Positions 12,596 through 22,231 of a stretch of DNA of 64,000 nucleotides are shown one piece after another. Under the pieces are notes generated by a model. It was not told where the DNA came from and searched no databases. It saw nothing but the letters and a program-made list of their open reading frames with translations. The stretch's first letter is position 1. Each line of letters opens with the position of its first letter. The stretch is from Candidatus Eiseniibacteriota bacterium (GTDB lineage: Bacteria > Eisenbacteria > RBG-16-71-46 > CAZAMP01). Made by a program: the position numbers and the translations under genes. The DNA lies in the NCBI GenBank assembly GCA_965224245.1, contig OZ245046.1, positions 5,696,001 to 5,760,000 on the forward strand, written 5' to 3'.

Positions 12596-13587
12596 CCGGT
12601 GTCACGTCGACCACGGTCTCCCCCTCGCGCGACGCGTCCGCCGCCGGCGGTGACGTCCCCGTCGTGCTGGATGGCGCGACGGTCTTCTACGGCGAGGTCA
12701 TCGGCCTCAGCCGCGTCGATCTCACGCTCGTCCCCGGCATCACCGGGATCGTGGGACCCAACGGAAGCGGCAAGACCACGCTGATGCGCGGTCTGGTGGG
12801 CCTCATCGCCCCCCAGGAGGGCTCGATCCGCGTCCTGGGCGGGAGCCCGTTTCGGGACGCCGAGATCCGCTCCCGGATCACGTTCGTGCCCGCCACCGAG
12901 AACTTCTTCCCGGGTCTCTCGGGACGGCGAAACCTCGAGGTGGCCTTCCTCGCGCACGGCGCCGATCGGGGTCGCGCGGCGTCGCTGGCCGACGAGGCGC
13001 TCGAGGTGGTCGGACTCACGGCCGACGGCCATCGCCGGTACGGGACGTGGTCGCGCGGCATGCGCCAGCGTCTGAAGCTGGGACTGGCCCTCGTCTCCAG
13101 CTCGACGCTGGTGCTTCTGGACGAGCCCTTTCTCGGTGTGGATCCGCCCAACCGGAAGGCGCTCCGCGAGCACATCCTCGCGCTCGGGGCGGCCGGCCGC
13201 ACGGTGCTCGTCTCGTCGCACATCCTGCACGAGATCGAGACGCTGACCGACCGCGTGGGGGTTCTGGCGCATGGACGGCTCCTCGGGTTCGGCCACATCC
13301 ACGATCTGCTGCACCAGATCCGCGACCGGAACCCGCACCGCGTGCGGGTGGGGACCCCCGCTCCCCGCGAGTTCGCCAAGTCGCTGGTGAGTCTCGAGCA
13401 CGTCCGCACGCTGGCCATCGATCACGATGCCGTGGAGTTCGTGACCGATCAGCCCGACTCGGCCTACAAGGAGATCGGTCGGATCGTCCTGCAATCGGGC
13501 ATCCGCGTGCACCGCGTCGAGACGCTCGACGCGTCGCTGGAGGCCGTGTTCACCCACGTCACCGAGGGTGGCACTCGGCGTCTCTGA
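12592..13587 (+). CDS. ABC transporter ATP-binding protein
   Basis: ATGA overlap with the previous gene; GPNGSGKTT, WSRGMRQR, LLDEP and SSH. Confidence 0.93.
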   Translation: MTGVTSTTVSPSRDASAAGGDVPVVLDGATVFYGEVIGLSRVDLTLVPGITGIVGPNGSGKTTLMRGLVGLIAPQEGSIRVLGGSPFRDAEIRSRITFVPATENFFPGLSGRRNLEVAFLAHGADRGRAASLADEALEVVGLTADGHRRYGTWSRGMRQRLKLGLALVSSSTLVLLDEPFLGVDPPNRKALREHILALGAAGRTVLVSSHILHEIETLTDRVGVLAHGRLLGFGHIHDLLHQIRDRNPHRVRVGTPAPREFAKSLVSLEHVRTLAIDHDAVEFVTDQPDSAYKEIGRIVLQSGIRVHRVETLDASLEAVFTHVTEGGTRRL

Positions 13588-13865
13588 GCACCGATCGACG
13601 ATCCCGGGGCCGACCGGTACCAACCGCGTTACCGGGCCGTCGACGTGCACCTCCGTCGCCGGCCGGGTGCGCGAGCAGCCCCGCCGCAGACGCGGTCCCC
13701 ACACGTCGCGGGCGCGAGCGATGTGTTTCTACAATCAGGCAGAGAGATGTTTTTCATTATATTTGATGTACACTCATGGATCTGCTAGAGTAGTGATCGT
13801 TCGCCCGCGCCCGCTCCCGGCTACTCGCGTCGGTCCGCTGGACGCACTGGAGAAGGGAACGACAG

Positions 13866-14435
13866 ATGGCCAGTTCACTCAATGCCGCCGCCGTGGGGCT
13901 CGTGGCGTCACTCGCGCTCTGGCTCCCCGGCGCGCGAGCCGACATCATCGACTGTGACTCGAGCGATCTCCCGGAGTGCATCCGAGTGTGCCCCGGTGGC
14001 GACTTCCCCGTGGAGGCGACGCTGATCGGCATCTCGGGCGCACCGCTCGCGAACACCCCGGTGCGCCTGATCATCGATTCGTCCTGCACCGAGCTGCTGC
14101 CGTGCCCCGGCGACCCCTACCCCGTGTACGAGGGCGTCACCGACACGGGGGGACACGTGGTCTTCGACATCGCGTTGAGCGGCTGCTGCACGAGCCCGGC
14201 GGCCGTGGTGCTGGAGGTGGATCCGGGTGGCGTGGCCTGCGCGGTGTACGATTCGATCACGTCGACCGACACCAGTATCCCGCTCGACGGCTTCGTGGGG
14301 CTCGCGGACTTCGTCCTGTTTCAGACGCACTTCCTGAGCGACGACCCCTGTCACGACTACTACGGCTGTGACGGGTTCGTGGCCCTGCCCGACTTCGTGG
14401 TCTTCCAGACGCACTTCCTGCACGAGTGCCCCTGA
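13866..14435 (+). CDS. Small secreted Cys-rich protein with duplicated dockerin/EF-hand-like C-terminal repeat
   Basis: Signal peptide ending ARA-D, 11 Cys, and DGFVGLADFVLFQTHFL / DGFVALPDFVVFQTHFL 28 aa apart. Confidence 0.75.
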   Translation: MASSLNAAAVGLVASLALWLPGARADIIDCDSSDLPECIRVCPGGDFPVEATLIGISGAPLANTPVRLIIDSSCTELLPCPGDPYPVYEGVTDTGGHVVFDIALSGCCTSPAAVVLEVDPGGVACAVYDSITSTDTSIPLDGFVGLADFVLFQTHFLSDDPCHDYYGCDGFVALPDFVVFQTHFLHECP

Positions 14436-14461
14436 GAGCAGTGACGCCGGCACCGAGGGCC

Positions 14462-14490
14462 GGTCGCGTCCCCCCTCGGGGGGCGCGACC
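14462..14490. terminator. GC-rich hairpin between convergent genes
   Basis: GGTCGCGTCCCCC-CTC-GGGGGGCGCGACC; no clear U-tract. Confidence 0.45.
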
Positions 14491-14507
14491 GGTTCCCACG
14501 AGCGGGA

Positions 14508-15200
14508 TCAGGGCAGCTCGAGCAGCTCGACGTCGAAGATCAGCGTGGCCTTCGGCGGAATGCTCGGCGGACGCCCGTTGGCGCCGTACGCGAGCTGGTA
14601 GGGAATGATCAGCTTCCGCTTTCCGCCCACGTTCATGCTCTGGACGCCCTCCGTCCAGCCCGCGATGACCTGATTGAGGCCGAACGTGATCGGCTGGCCG
14701 CGCTCGACCGAGCTGTCGAACTGGGTTCCGTCCACGAGCCAGCCGCTGTAGTGGACCTTGACGCGGGCCTCCGGGCCGGATGGCGCCGGGCCGTCCCCTT
14801 CGACGAGATCGAAGTACTTGAGACCGGACGCGGTCTCCGTCCAGTCGCCGGAGACCGGGTCGCCCGGGAAGCGCGTGACGGCGGACTTGGAGACGATCTC
14901 GCCGCTATCGGCATCCACGCGCAGGTCCCACGCCGCCCCGGTGCCGTACACGCGGATCTCGTAGTACGGCGTCTCGGCGTCCATCGTCAGCGTACAGCTC
15001 GAGGCACGGCCCTTCCCGTGCTCCTCGGCGATCTGGATCGCCTTGCCCATCGTGACGGCCAGACCTCCCAGCTCGGCTGCGACGTCCGACGGTGCTTCCG
15101 GCAAGGCCGTGTAATCGGTGGCGAGGACCGGGCTCGCCGCGGTGACGGCCAGGAGTGCCAGGCCGAGGCCCAGGCGCCGAGGATCTCCCAGTGTGCTCAT
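14508..15200 (-). CDS. Exported FKBP-type peptidyl-prolyl isomerase with N-terminal PepSY-like domain
   Basis: [28 protein letters not shown] and [15 protein letters not shown]-terminal AIQIAEE...YYEI...VDADSGEIV. Confidence 0.9.
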   Translation of the reverse strand: MSTLGDPRRLGLGLALLAVTAASPVLATDYTALPEAPSDVAAELGGLAVTMGKAIQIAEEHGKGRASSCTLTMDAETPYYEIRVYGTGAAWDLRVDADSGEIVSKSAVTRFPGDPVSGDWTETASGLKYFDLVEGDGPAPSGPEARVKVHYSGWLVDGTQFDSSVERGQPITFGLNQVIAGWTEGVQSMNVGGKRKLIIPYQLAYGANGRPPSIPPKATLIFDVELLELP

Positions 15201-15546
15201 GATCGAGGTCTTCTCCCGTGTAGAGGGTGTCGGGCGCGCGATCGTGCGCCACCGGCGCCGCGTGCCTTCGTCGGAGGCAGGCCGAGAGACTAGCAGTCGG
15301 CCCGTCGGATCGAAACCCGCCTCGTCGGATCCCGGACGGTCCGATGAACCCCGTCCGCACGCCGAAGGTCCGGCCGGCACACTCGGAGAGTCCTTTCGCC
15401 TCGCGACTTCCGGCGCCCCGAGCCCCCTTCCGAAGTCGCCGTCGTGCCGATGGCCCCGGGCTTGCAATCGACCTCACGCTCCCGGGTGTTGCGAGCGGTG
15501 GCCCGCGCACGAGGCGGCGCGCCGACGCACGAGAAGGAGGTCACGC

Positions 15547-16338
15547 GTGCGAGGATCGACTGGAACGAGCGGACTCTGGGCGCTGGGTGTCGCGGTGGCG
15601 ATGGTGGCCGCATGCGACCGCACGGACGAGCTGGGTCCCGGATGGGTCGGCGGTGGCGCCGGGCCGGGGGAACGCCTGTCCGACGCCGCGAGCGAGCCGG
15701 ATGTAGGTCCCACCCCCGGGCTCCCCCCGGTGAGCGTCGAACGGTGGACACACGACGACGTGTCCGCCACGTTCGACGTACGGGTCGACGGAGAGCCCGC
15801 TCACGTCGTGGTGGCCCACGACCCGCGAGGCGGGGCGTGGTCGGCCCGGATTCGCGACCCGCGCTCGGGCGAGCTCGGCTTCGGAGTCGTGAGCGGCTCG
15901 ATCGGGAGCCTGCACTACGTGCGCGAGTTCACGGCCGCCGACACGTGTGTGATCGCGTGGCATGGCGAGGCACCGGTCCGCGAGACCTACCGGATCGGCG
16001 ATCGCACGTGGACGCGGTCCGGCGACACGATCGGCTCGTCCGATCTGGATGCGCTGGACGACCTCCTGGCCACGGCGCCGAGCCTCATGCACTGTCCCGC
16101 CGGAGAGAGGCTGATGATGGTGCTCGCGTCGCCGTCGCTTCGCGAGTTCCTCGTCTCCGAAGGGGTCCTGGCAGCCACCGAGGGCGCGCGATACCAGCCC
16201 AGCTACTGCCCCGACGGTGCGTTCTGCGGACTGACCAAGTGCACGCGCTTCGACCACGCGAACCCCCTCTGCATCGACTGCTACGGCGTGGCCGCGTGCA
16301 TCGTGCAGATTCTGTTCTGCCGGGAGGGAGCGTGCTGA
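15547..16338 (+). CDS. Hypothetical lipoprotein with Cys-rich C-terminus
   Basis: AAGGAGG RBS before GTG 15547, lipobox VAAC, 8 Cys in the last ~44 aa. Confidence 0.6.
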   Translation: MRGSTGTSGLWALGVAVAMVAACDRTDELGPGWVGGGAGPGERLSDAASEPDVGPTPGLPPVSVERWTHDDVSATFDVRVDGEPAHVVVAHDPRGGAWSARIRDPRSGELGFGVVSGSIGSLHYVREFTAADTCVIAWHGEAPVRETYRIGDRTWTRSGDTIGSSDLDALDDLLATAPSLMHCPAGERLMMVLASPSLREFLVSEGVLAATEGARYQPSYCPDGAFCGLTKCTRFDHANPLCIDCYGVAACIVQILFCREGAC

Positions 16339-16339
16339 A

Positions 16340-18010
16340 TCAGAAGCCGATCGCGCACCCGTCCTTGCGGTGATCGGAGGCGGCAACGTAGCCGCCGTCG
16401 ACGCGCTCGGCGAGCTGCGCGCCGCCGAACACCCACTCGGGAGGATCGTCTTCGACCTCGTGTCCGCGCGCGGCCAGGTCGCCCCCGATCGACTCGCGGA
16501 GCGCGGGCTCGAGCGCGATCGCGCCGGACTCGCGCACGAACCAGCGCGGGGCGTCGCTCGCGGCCTGGACGTTCTGTCCGTACGTGAATCGCCGGACGAC
16601 CATCTGCACGTGCCCTTGCGTCTGCATGTGGCCGCCCATGACGCCGAAGCTCAGGATCGGCGCGCCGTCCCGCGTGACGAAGCCGGGAATGATCGTGTGG
16701 AAGGGACGCTTTCCGCCGCGGACCTCGTTCACGTGGCCGGGCGTCAGGACGAACCCCGATCCACGGTTCTGGAGGCTCACCCCGGTTCCGGGCACCACGA
16801 CGCCCGATCCGAAGCCCCAGAAGTTCGACTGGATGAACGAGACCATCATGCCCCCCGAGTCCGCGGCGGTCAGGTACACGGTGCCATGATCGGTGGGCAC
16901 CGGATCCGGAGGGGGCGACGCCCGATCCAGCCGGATCGACGCCGCCCGGGCGGCGAGTCGCTTCGCATCGAGCAGCTCGTCCACGCTGACGCGCATCGCA
17001 CTCGCGTCGGCGACGTGGTCGGCGGCGTCGGACAGCGCGAGCTTCATCGCCTCGATCTGCACGTGCACCGAGTCTGCCCCGTCCACCGGATGCGAGCCGA
17101 GGTCGACGTGGGCGAGCGTCCCGAGCGCGATCAACGCGGCCAGGCCCTGTCCGTTGGGCGGGATCTCGTGCACGCGCAGGTCCGCGTAGGTCGTGTCGAT
17201 GGGGTCGACCCACTCCGATCGGTGCTCGGCCAGATCGGTCGTGTCGAGGGCCGCACCGTGATCTCGCGCGTCGCGCACGATCCGCTCTGCGATCTCGCCG
17301 CGGTAGAACGCGGCGCCGCGAGACTCCGCGATCGCCCGCAGCGTGGCCACCTGATCCGGACACCGAAAGCGCTCACCGGCGCGCGGAGCGCGTCCTCCGG
17401 GCAGGAACGTGGCCGCGAACGCCTCCTCACCGCCGAACGCGTCCTGGGCGGCACGCCAGCGATCGGCGGTGATCGGCGACACGAGAAAGCCGTCTCTCGC
17501 GTACGAGATGGCCGGACCGAACAGCTCGCCGAACGGAAGCGCTCCGAACCGGTCGGACAGCGTGGCCCAGGCGTCGACACAGCCGGGAACCGTGACCGAC
17601 TCCCATCCCCGGAGGGGCATGCGTTCGAGGTGTGCGAAGCGCTCGGGCGTCCACGATCTCGGGGATCGGCCGGAGCCGTTCAACGCGTGGAGCGTCCTCC
17701 CGTGCCACACGAGTGCAAACGCGTCGCCGCCGATGCCGTTGCTGGTCGGCTCGACCACGGTCAGCGCGATCGCCGCCGCGACGGCGGCGTCGACGGCGTT
17801 GCCGGCGTTCGCCAGCATCGACAGACCGGCCTGCGCCGCGAGAGGCTGTGACGTGGCGACGACGTTGGCCGCGAGCACCGGCATGCGCCGTGACGGATAG
17901 GGCAGGTGCCAGTGTGGATCGGCGCTCGTCACGGTACCGACCGCATGTGCGGCCCGGGGGTCCGCGGGGGCGGGTCCGCGATCCGGCACGCGCCGGGAGT
18001 CGATCGCCAT
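16340..18010 (-). CDS. ggt: Gamma-glutamyltransferase family protein (cytoplasmic YwrD-like)
   Basis: VVATSQPLA, EPTSNGIGGDAF, GTVYLTAAD (nucleophile Thr), KRPFHTIIPG and GVMGG. Confidence 0.92.
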   Translation of the reverse strand: MAIDSRRVPDRGPAPADPRAAHAVGTVTSADPHWHLPYPSRRMPVLAANVVATSQPLAAQAGLSMLANAGNAVDAAVAAAIALTVVEPTSNGIGGDAFALVWHGRTLHALNGSGRSPRSWTPERFAHLERMPLRGWESVTVPGCVDAWATLSDRFGALPFGELFGPAISYARDGFLVSPITADRWRAAQDAFGGEEAFAATFLPGGRAPRAGERFRCPDQVATLRAIAESRGAAFYRGEIAERIVRDARDHGAALDTTDLAEHRSEWVDPIDTTYADLRVHEIPPNGQGLAALIALGTLAHVDLGSHPVDGADSVHVQIEAMKLALSDAADHVADASAMRVSVDELLDAKRLAARAASIRLDRASPPPDPVPTDHGTVYLTAADSGGMMVSFIQSNFWGFGSGVVVPGTGVSLQNRGSGFVLTPGHVNEVRGGKRPFHTIIPGFVTRDGAPILSFGVMGGHMQTQGHVQMVVRRFTYGQNVQAASDAPRWFVRESGAIALEPALRESIGGDLAARGHEVEDDPPEWVFGGAQLAERVDGGYVAASDHRKDGCAIGF

Positions 18011-18128
18011 CGTATCTCCGGTCGTCGCTCGAGAGGTCGCCGCCGCGTTCGGGCGGTGCATTCGATCATAGCTGCTCGCAGACACCGAAGGGGAGGCCGA
18101 TGTGCACTGGCCGCCCCCGTGCGGAGCA

Positions 18129-19583
18129 CTAGTCGCCCGGATCGCGCGGGGCGTAGGTCTCGAAGATCGCGTCCTCCGCCGGGACCCCGCCGACAGGATG
18201 GTCATACGGGTTCACGGCCACGTATCCGGTCGGGTTGCCGTCGGTGTCCCGGAACGTCCGGGTGTACAGGGTGTCTCCAGAGAAGATCTCGCGCCGGTAC
18301 GGATCGGCCACGTCCCCCAGCTCGAGGTCGTAGTACTCGGACACCCACGGGTTGCGCGCGGTCGTGGCCGATCGGGTCTCGGTGTCGACCAGGCAGAAGT
18401 AGCCGTCCCCGAGAAGCGTCGTCCCCAGAAAGAGCCGCACGTAGCGCCGCATCGACTCCGGGTCGTCCCACTGCCAGCGCGCGTCGTTCCGCCAGCTCAC
18501 CTGGTTGATCGACAGGGACCAGCCGGCCAGCGCGTGGTCGCGCTGAAACACGTACCCCCGTCGGGGATACGTGGTGTGGGTGTTGTAGAACTCGTCCCAC
18601 CAGGTCCAGCGAGGTCCGGACCAGCGGTTGCGGTTCATCCAGTCCTCGTTCTTGAAGCCGTGGAAGTACTCGAGTGGAGGCGTGAAGACGTCGCCGCCGG
18701 CGATGATCGGGTAGTCGGGACCGAGCTGGCGCCGCACCTCCTGGATCCACCAGGTCGTGACCTCGACCCAGTCCTCCACGAAGCGATCGAACTCGGCCTG
18801 CCCGCCTTCGGTCCAGTCGGCGACGCCGTTGCGGTTCCAGTCCAGGAGCCCGCCCGTGCCGCTGGGGGTGTCGCGATACCACCAGTACTGGTTGGGACGC
18901 TCCGCGACGACCTCCCACCAGAGGCCTTCGTAGCCCGTCATCTGCGTCTCCACGAACCACGGGATGAAGCGGGTGGCCATCCACTCGGCCATCGTCAGCC
19001 CGGTGCTGTCGAGCTCGGGGTGATCGGGCTCCGAGTACGTGCCGAGCGGGCAGTGGCTCGTGAAGTCTCCCCAGCGCCAGTACGTCCCCCACCCTCGGGC
19101 CACCGCCTCCTCGCCGTTGTGATGGCGCATGATCCAGTCGTTGGCGGCCGCGTACTCGCGGACGACGTCCTCCCACGACCACTCCTCACCCCAGTCGGTC
19201 TCGGGAACGATCTGAGGCATCGTGCGGCGGAAGAGGCGCGCGTCCGGGTTCCGGAGCCGGATCTCGCGCACCTCGCCCGGGTCTCCGCGCAGCGTGATCA
19301 GGCCGAAGCGCGCGATGTCGTCCTGCTCCCCGGCGGAGTAGGCCGACCAGTCGCCGATGAACGCACATACGCGCGGGAATCCGCCGTCGGGCGCCGAGGT
19401 GTCGCCCGGCGCGCTGGGGCCGCCGGGTCCGGTCGTGTCCGGCGGTGTGTCACCTCCCGTGGAGTCGCCAGCGGCCGAATCGTCGCCGGCGGGGTCGGTG
19501 ACCCGGGTGATGTCGCAGGCGGATAGCGCGATCACGCCGAAGCCGATCGCGAGCAGCGCCATCAGGGCTCGTGTGGAGGTCAT
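18129..19583 (-). CDS. Lipoprotein, putative glycoside hydrolase (GHL15-like TIM barrel)
   Basis: Lipobox LSAC, Pro/Gly/Asp linker, Trp-rich domain ending LGTTLLGDGYF...EYYDLELG...YTRTF. Confidence 0.6.
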   Translation of the reverse strand: MTSTRALMALLAIGFGVIALSACDITRVTDPAGDDSAAGDSTGGDTPPDTTGPGGPSAPGDTSAPDGGFPRVCAFIGDWSAYSAGEQDDIARFGLITLRGDPGEVREIRLRNPDARLFRRTMPQIVPETDWGEEWSWEDVVREYAAANDWIMRHHNGEEAVARGWGTYWRWGDFTSHCPLGTYSEPDHPELDSTGLTMAEWMATRFIPWFVETQMTGYEGLWWEVVAERPNQYWWYRDTPSGTGGLLDWNRNGVADWTEGGQAEFDRFVEDWVEVTTWWIQEVRRQLGPDYPIIAGGDVFTPPLEYFHGFKNEDWMNRNRWSGPRWTWWDEFYNTHTTYPRRGYVFQRDHALAGWSLSINQVSWRNDARWQWDDPESMRRYVRLFLGTTLLGDGYFCLVDTETRSATTARNPWVSEYYDLELGDVADPYRREIFSGDTLYTRTFRDTDGNPTGYVAVNPYDHPVGGVPAEDAIFETYAPRDPGD

Positions 19584-19859
19584 GACTGTCGTCCTGGTGG
19601 ATGAAGGCCCCGTCGTCGGGCGGAGCAAGATCGCTGCCCGCGAGCGTGGTCGGGATCCACCACCTTGAGACGAGTCGACGAAGCGGCTAGTGTTCCGCGA
19701 CTTCGGACGCGGGACGCGGGTGTTCCGCGACCTTGGACGAAGGATGGTCGTGGCCCGAGCCTCGCCTCGGCCGCGCATCGAACCGGGGTCGGGACGGCGG
19801 GCTCACGGCGATCGGGGCACACGCCCGAGGCGCCCCGATCGGTGGAGGGGACGTCAGCG

Positions 19860-20360
19860 ATGTCGGTGGCCATTCGGTTCATCACGACCGGCGGGACGAT
19901 CGACAAGGTCTACTTCGACGCGGCCAGCGAGTTCGAGGTCGGCGAGTCCCAGATCCCCGATCTGCTCTCACGCTCGCAGGCGACGTTCGACTACGAGGTC
20001 GAGACCGTCTGCAAGAAGGACAGCCTCGATCTCACCGACGAGGATCGGGCCACCATCCGCGAGCGTGTCGTCGCGGCGCCGGAACGGCACGTCGTGATCA
20101 CGCACGGTACCGATACGATGGTCCAGACGGCCCGCTCCCTCTCGGGCATTCCGGACAAGGTGATCGTTCTGACCGGATCGTTGAGCCCGGCGCGGTTCCG
20201 CCGAAGCGACGCGGAGTTCAACGTGGGGATGGCCATCGGCGTCGTGCAGTCGATGCCGCCCGGCGTCTACATCTCGATGAGCGGACAGGTCTTCGATCCG
20301 GACCGCGTGCGGAAGAACCGCGAGCAGAATCGGTTCGAGGAGATCGACGCGGGCGAGTGA
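19860..20360 (+). CDS. Asparaginase N-terminal-domain-only protein
   Basis: TTGGTIDK, KKDSLD, ITHGTDTM and IVLTG; 166 aa with no C-terminal domain. Confidence 0.88.
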   Translation: MSVAIRFITTGGTIDKVYFDAASEFEVGESQIPDLLSRSQATFDYEVETVCKKDSLDLTDEDRATIRERVVAAPERHVVITHGTDTMVQTARSLSGIPDKVIVLTGSLSPARFRRSDAEFNVGMAIGVVQSMPPGVYISMSGQVFDPDRVRKNREQNRFEEIDAGE

Positions 20361-20392
20361 CGCTCGAGCCGGGGTGCTCGGCGTCGGCCGCT

Positions 20393-21466
20393 TCAGACGC
20401 CGCCGCCGCCGCCGCCGTCGACGTAGGCCTTGAGACGCATCATCTGCTGGCTCGTCCCCAGGACGACCATGTTGTCGCCGGCCGCGACCACTTCCGACGG
20501 ACCGGGGTTGTAGCGGTACTCCTCCGACCCGCTGTGACGAAGGGCGAGCACGATCAGCCCGGTGCGCCTGGGCACCTCGAGCGTGGCCAGCGTCTGCCCG
20601 GCCAGGATCGAGGACTCGGGGATGGTCACGCTGTCCAATCGCATCTCGATGTCGGACGTTCGCATCGTGGCGTCCAGGAAGCCCGCGATGGTCGGCTTGG
20701 TCACCATCGTGGCCATGCGCACGCCGCCGGTCACGTTGGGGAGGATCACGTGGTCGGCGCCGGCATGGCGGAGCTTGGAAATCGTCTCCTCCTCGGCGGC
20801 GCGAGCCGCGATGACGATGTCCCGTCTCAGCTCGCGCGCGGTCAGGCACAGGAAGAGGTTGTCGGCATCGCTGCTCAGGCACGCGGCCAGCCCTCGCGCC
20901 CGATGCAGACCGGCTTCCTCCAGAACGTGGTCCTTGGTCGCATCGCCGTCGATCACGAGCGCGTCGGGGTGGTTCTCGAACAGGAGCTCCGCCGCTCGCT
21001 CGGACTGCTCGATGCACACGAAGTCGACGCCGTCCCGGACGAGCTCGTCGACGACCACCCGGCCCATGCGACCGGTCCCGCACACGATGAAGTGGTCACG
21101 GAGATCGTCTATCTCACGCATGGTTCGTCGCCTCCTCATGAACCCGCCGAGGTCCACCTCCACGATGAACGCTGTCATCAGAGCCCAGAACCCACCCAGA
21201 CCGATGATGCTGAACGCCAGCAATACCGCGGTGAAGATCCGACCGCCGTCGGACAGGGGCTGGATCTCGCCGTAGCCGACCGAGGTCGCCGTGATGACGC
21301 TCATGAAGAAGCTGTCGCCCCACGACCAGTGCTCGAGCGTGTGATACCCGGCGGCCCCGAGCGCGATCACCGAGGAGAAGTACAGCGTCGTCCACCCGAA
21401 GCGCGGAATGAACGGGCGAACCGAGTCGCGCAGCGTGGGCTGTGTCGGATCGTAGGATTGCTTCAC
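20393..21466 (-). CDS. Potassium channel protein (2TM pore plus RCK/TrkA-N and TrkA-C)
   Basis: TSVGYG selectivity filter, IVCGTGRMG Rossmann motif, GDAT, C-terminal TrkA-C. Confidence 0.92.
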   Translation of the reverse strand: MKQSYDPTQPTLRDSVRPFIPRFGWTTLYFSSVIALGAAGYHTLEHWSWGDSFFMSVITATSVGYGEIQPLSDGGRIFTAVLLAFSIIGLGGFWALMTAFIVEVDLGGFMRRRRTMREIDDLRDHFIVCGTGRMGRVVVDELVRDGVDFVCIEQSERAAELLFENHPDALVIDGDATKDHVLEEAGLHRARGLAACLSSDADNLFLCLTARELRRDIVIAARAAEEETISKLRHAGADHVILPNVTGGVRMATMVTKPTIAGFLDATMRTSDIEMRLDSVTIPESSILAGQTLATLEVPRRTGLIVLALRHSGSEEYRYNPGPSEVVAAGDNMVVLGTSQQMMRLKAYVDGGGGGGV

Positions 21467-21628
21467 CCGAGCGGTCCCTCGCGACGAGCATGACGTGTCT
21501 CGCGGCGGAACACTAGCAGCTTTCGTCGCCCCGTCGCGAGATGGACGTTGCGCCGTCGCGCTCGGCCGGGCGGGGTCACCGGAGACCGGTACGGCGCCGA
21601 CCTCGCGTCGAGCCGGCCACGGTCACGT

Positions 21629-22114
21629 CTACCGGGTCCTCGTGGCGTCCTCCCGGAACACCGCGGAGACGATGTCACAGACGCGCCCGAGAAACAGCCG
21701 GTCCTCCTCGGCGAAGGCGGCCGGGGTGTGCGAGTCGATGTCGAGCTGCGCCACGAACACACCGTCCACGAAGATCGGCACCACGATCTCGGACAGGACG
21801 TCGAGGCTGCACGCGAGGTAGTTCGACTCGTTTCGGACGTCGTCGACGATCCGGGTCCTCTCGGTCTCGGCGACCTGGCCGCAGATCCCGCGGCCATAGG
21901 GGATGCGCACGTGGTCGGTCGGTGCCCCCTCGTACGGGCCGAGCACCAGCTCCCGCTGGGCGTCGGGGGCGATCCGGTAGAAGCCCACCCAGTCGTAGTG
22001 TGGGACGTTCTGCTGGAGGAGGTAGCACAGTGCCTTCAGGCGCGCGTCCGCGGGCGACGGCGCGGACGTGATCTGCTCGACCTTGGGGAGGAGCGAGACG
22101 AAGTCGGTATCCAT
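21629..22114 (-). CDS. msrC: GAF-domain free methionine-R-sulfoxide reductase-like protein
   Basis: DWVGFY, LVLGPYEG, GRGICG, YLAC, SEIVVP and LDIDS. Confidence 0.8.
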   Translation of the reverse strand: MDTDFVSLLPKVEQITSAPSPADARLKALCYLLQQNVPHYDWVGFYRIAPDAQRELVLGPYEGAPTDHVRIPYGRGICGQVAETERTRIVDDVRNESNYLACSLDVLSEIVVPIFVDGVFVAQLDIDSHTPAAFAEEDRLFLGRVCDIVSAVFREDATRTR

Positions 22115-22231
22115 CGGATCCTCTCGGCGAGCGTCGCGGCCGCGAGGGGTCGCGTTCGCCCGGCTTCGTCGGTGTATGTCGAGGGTCTCGGTTACCCGGG
22201 TCGGGGCGTTCGTCCCGATCGCCCCACTCGC

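Noticed and set aside
19860-20360. Truncated asparaginase pseudogene
   Set aside because: Clean RBS, start and stop with intact catalytic motifs; short single-domain members of this family are common.
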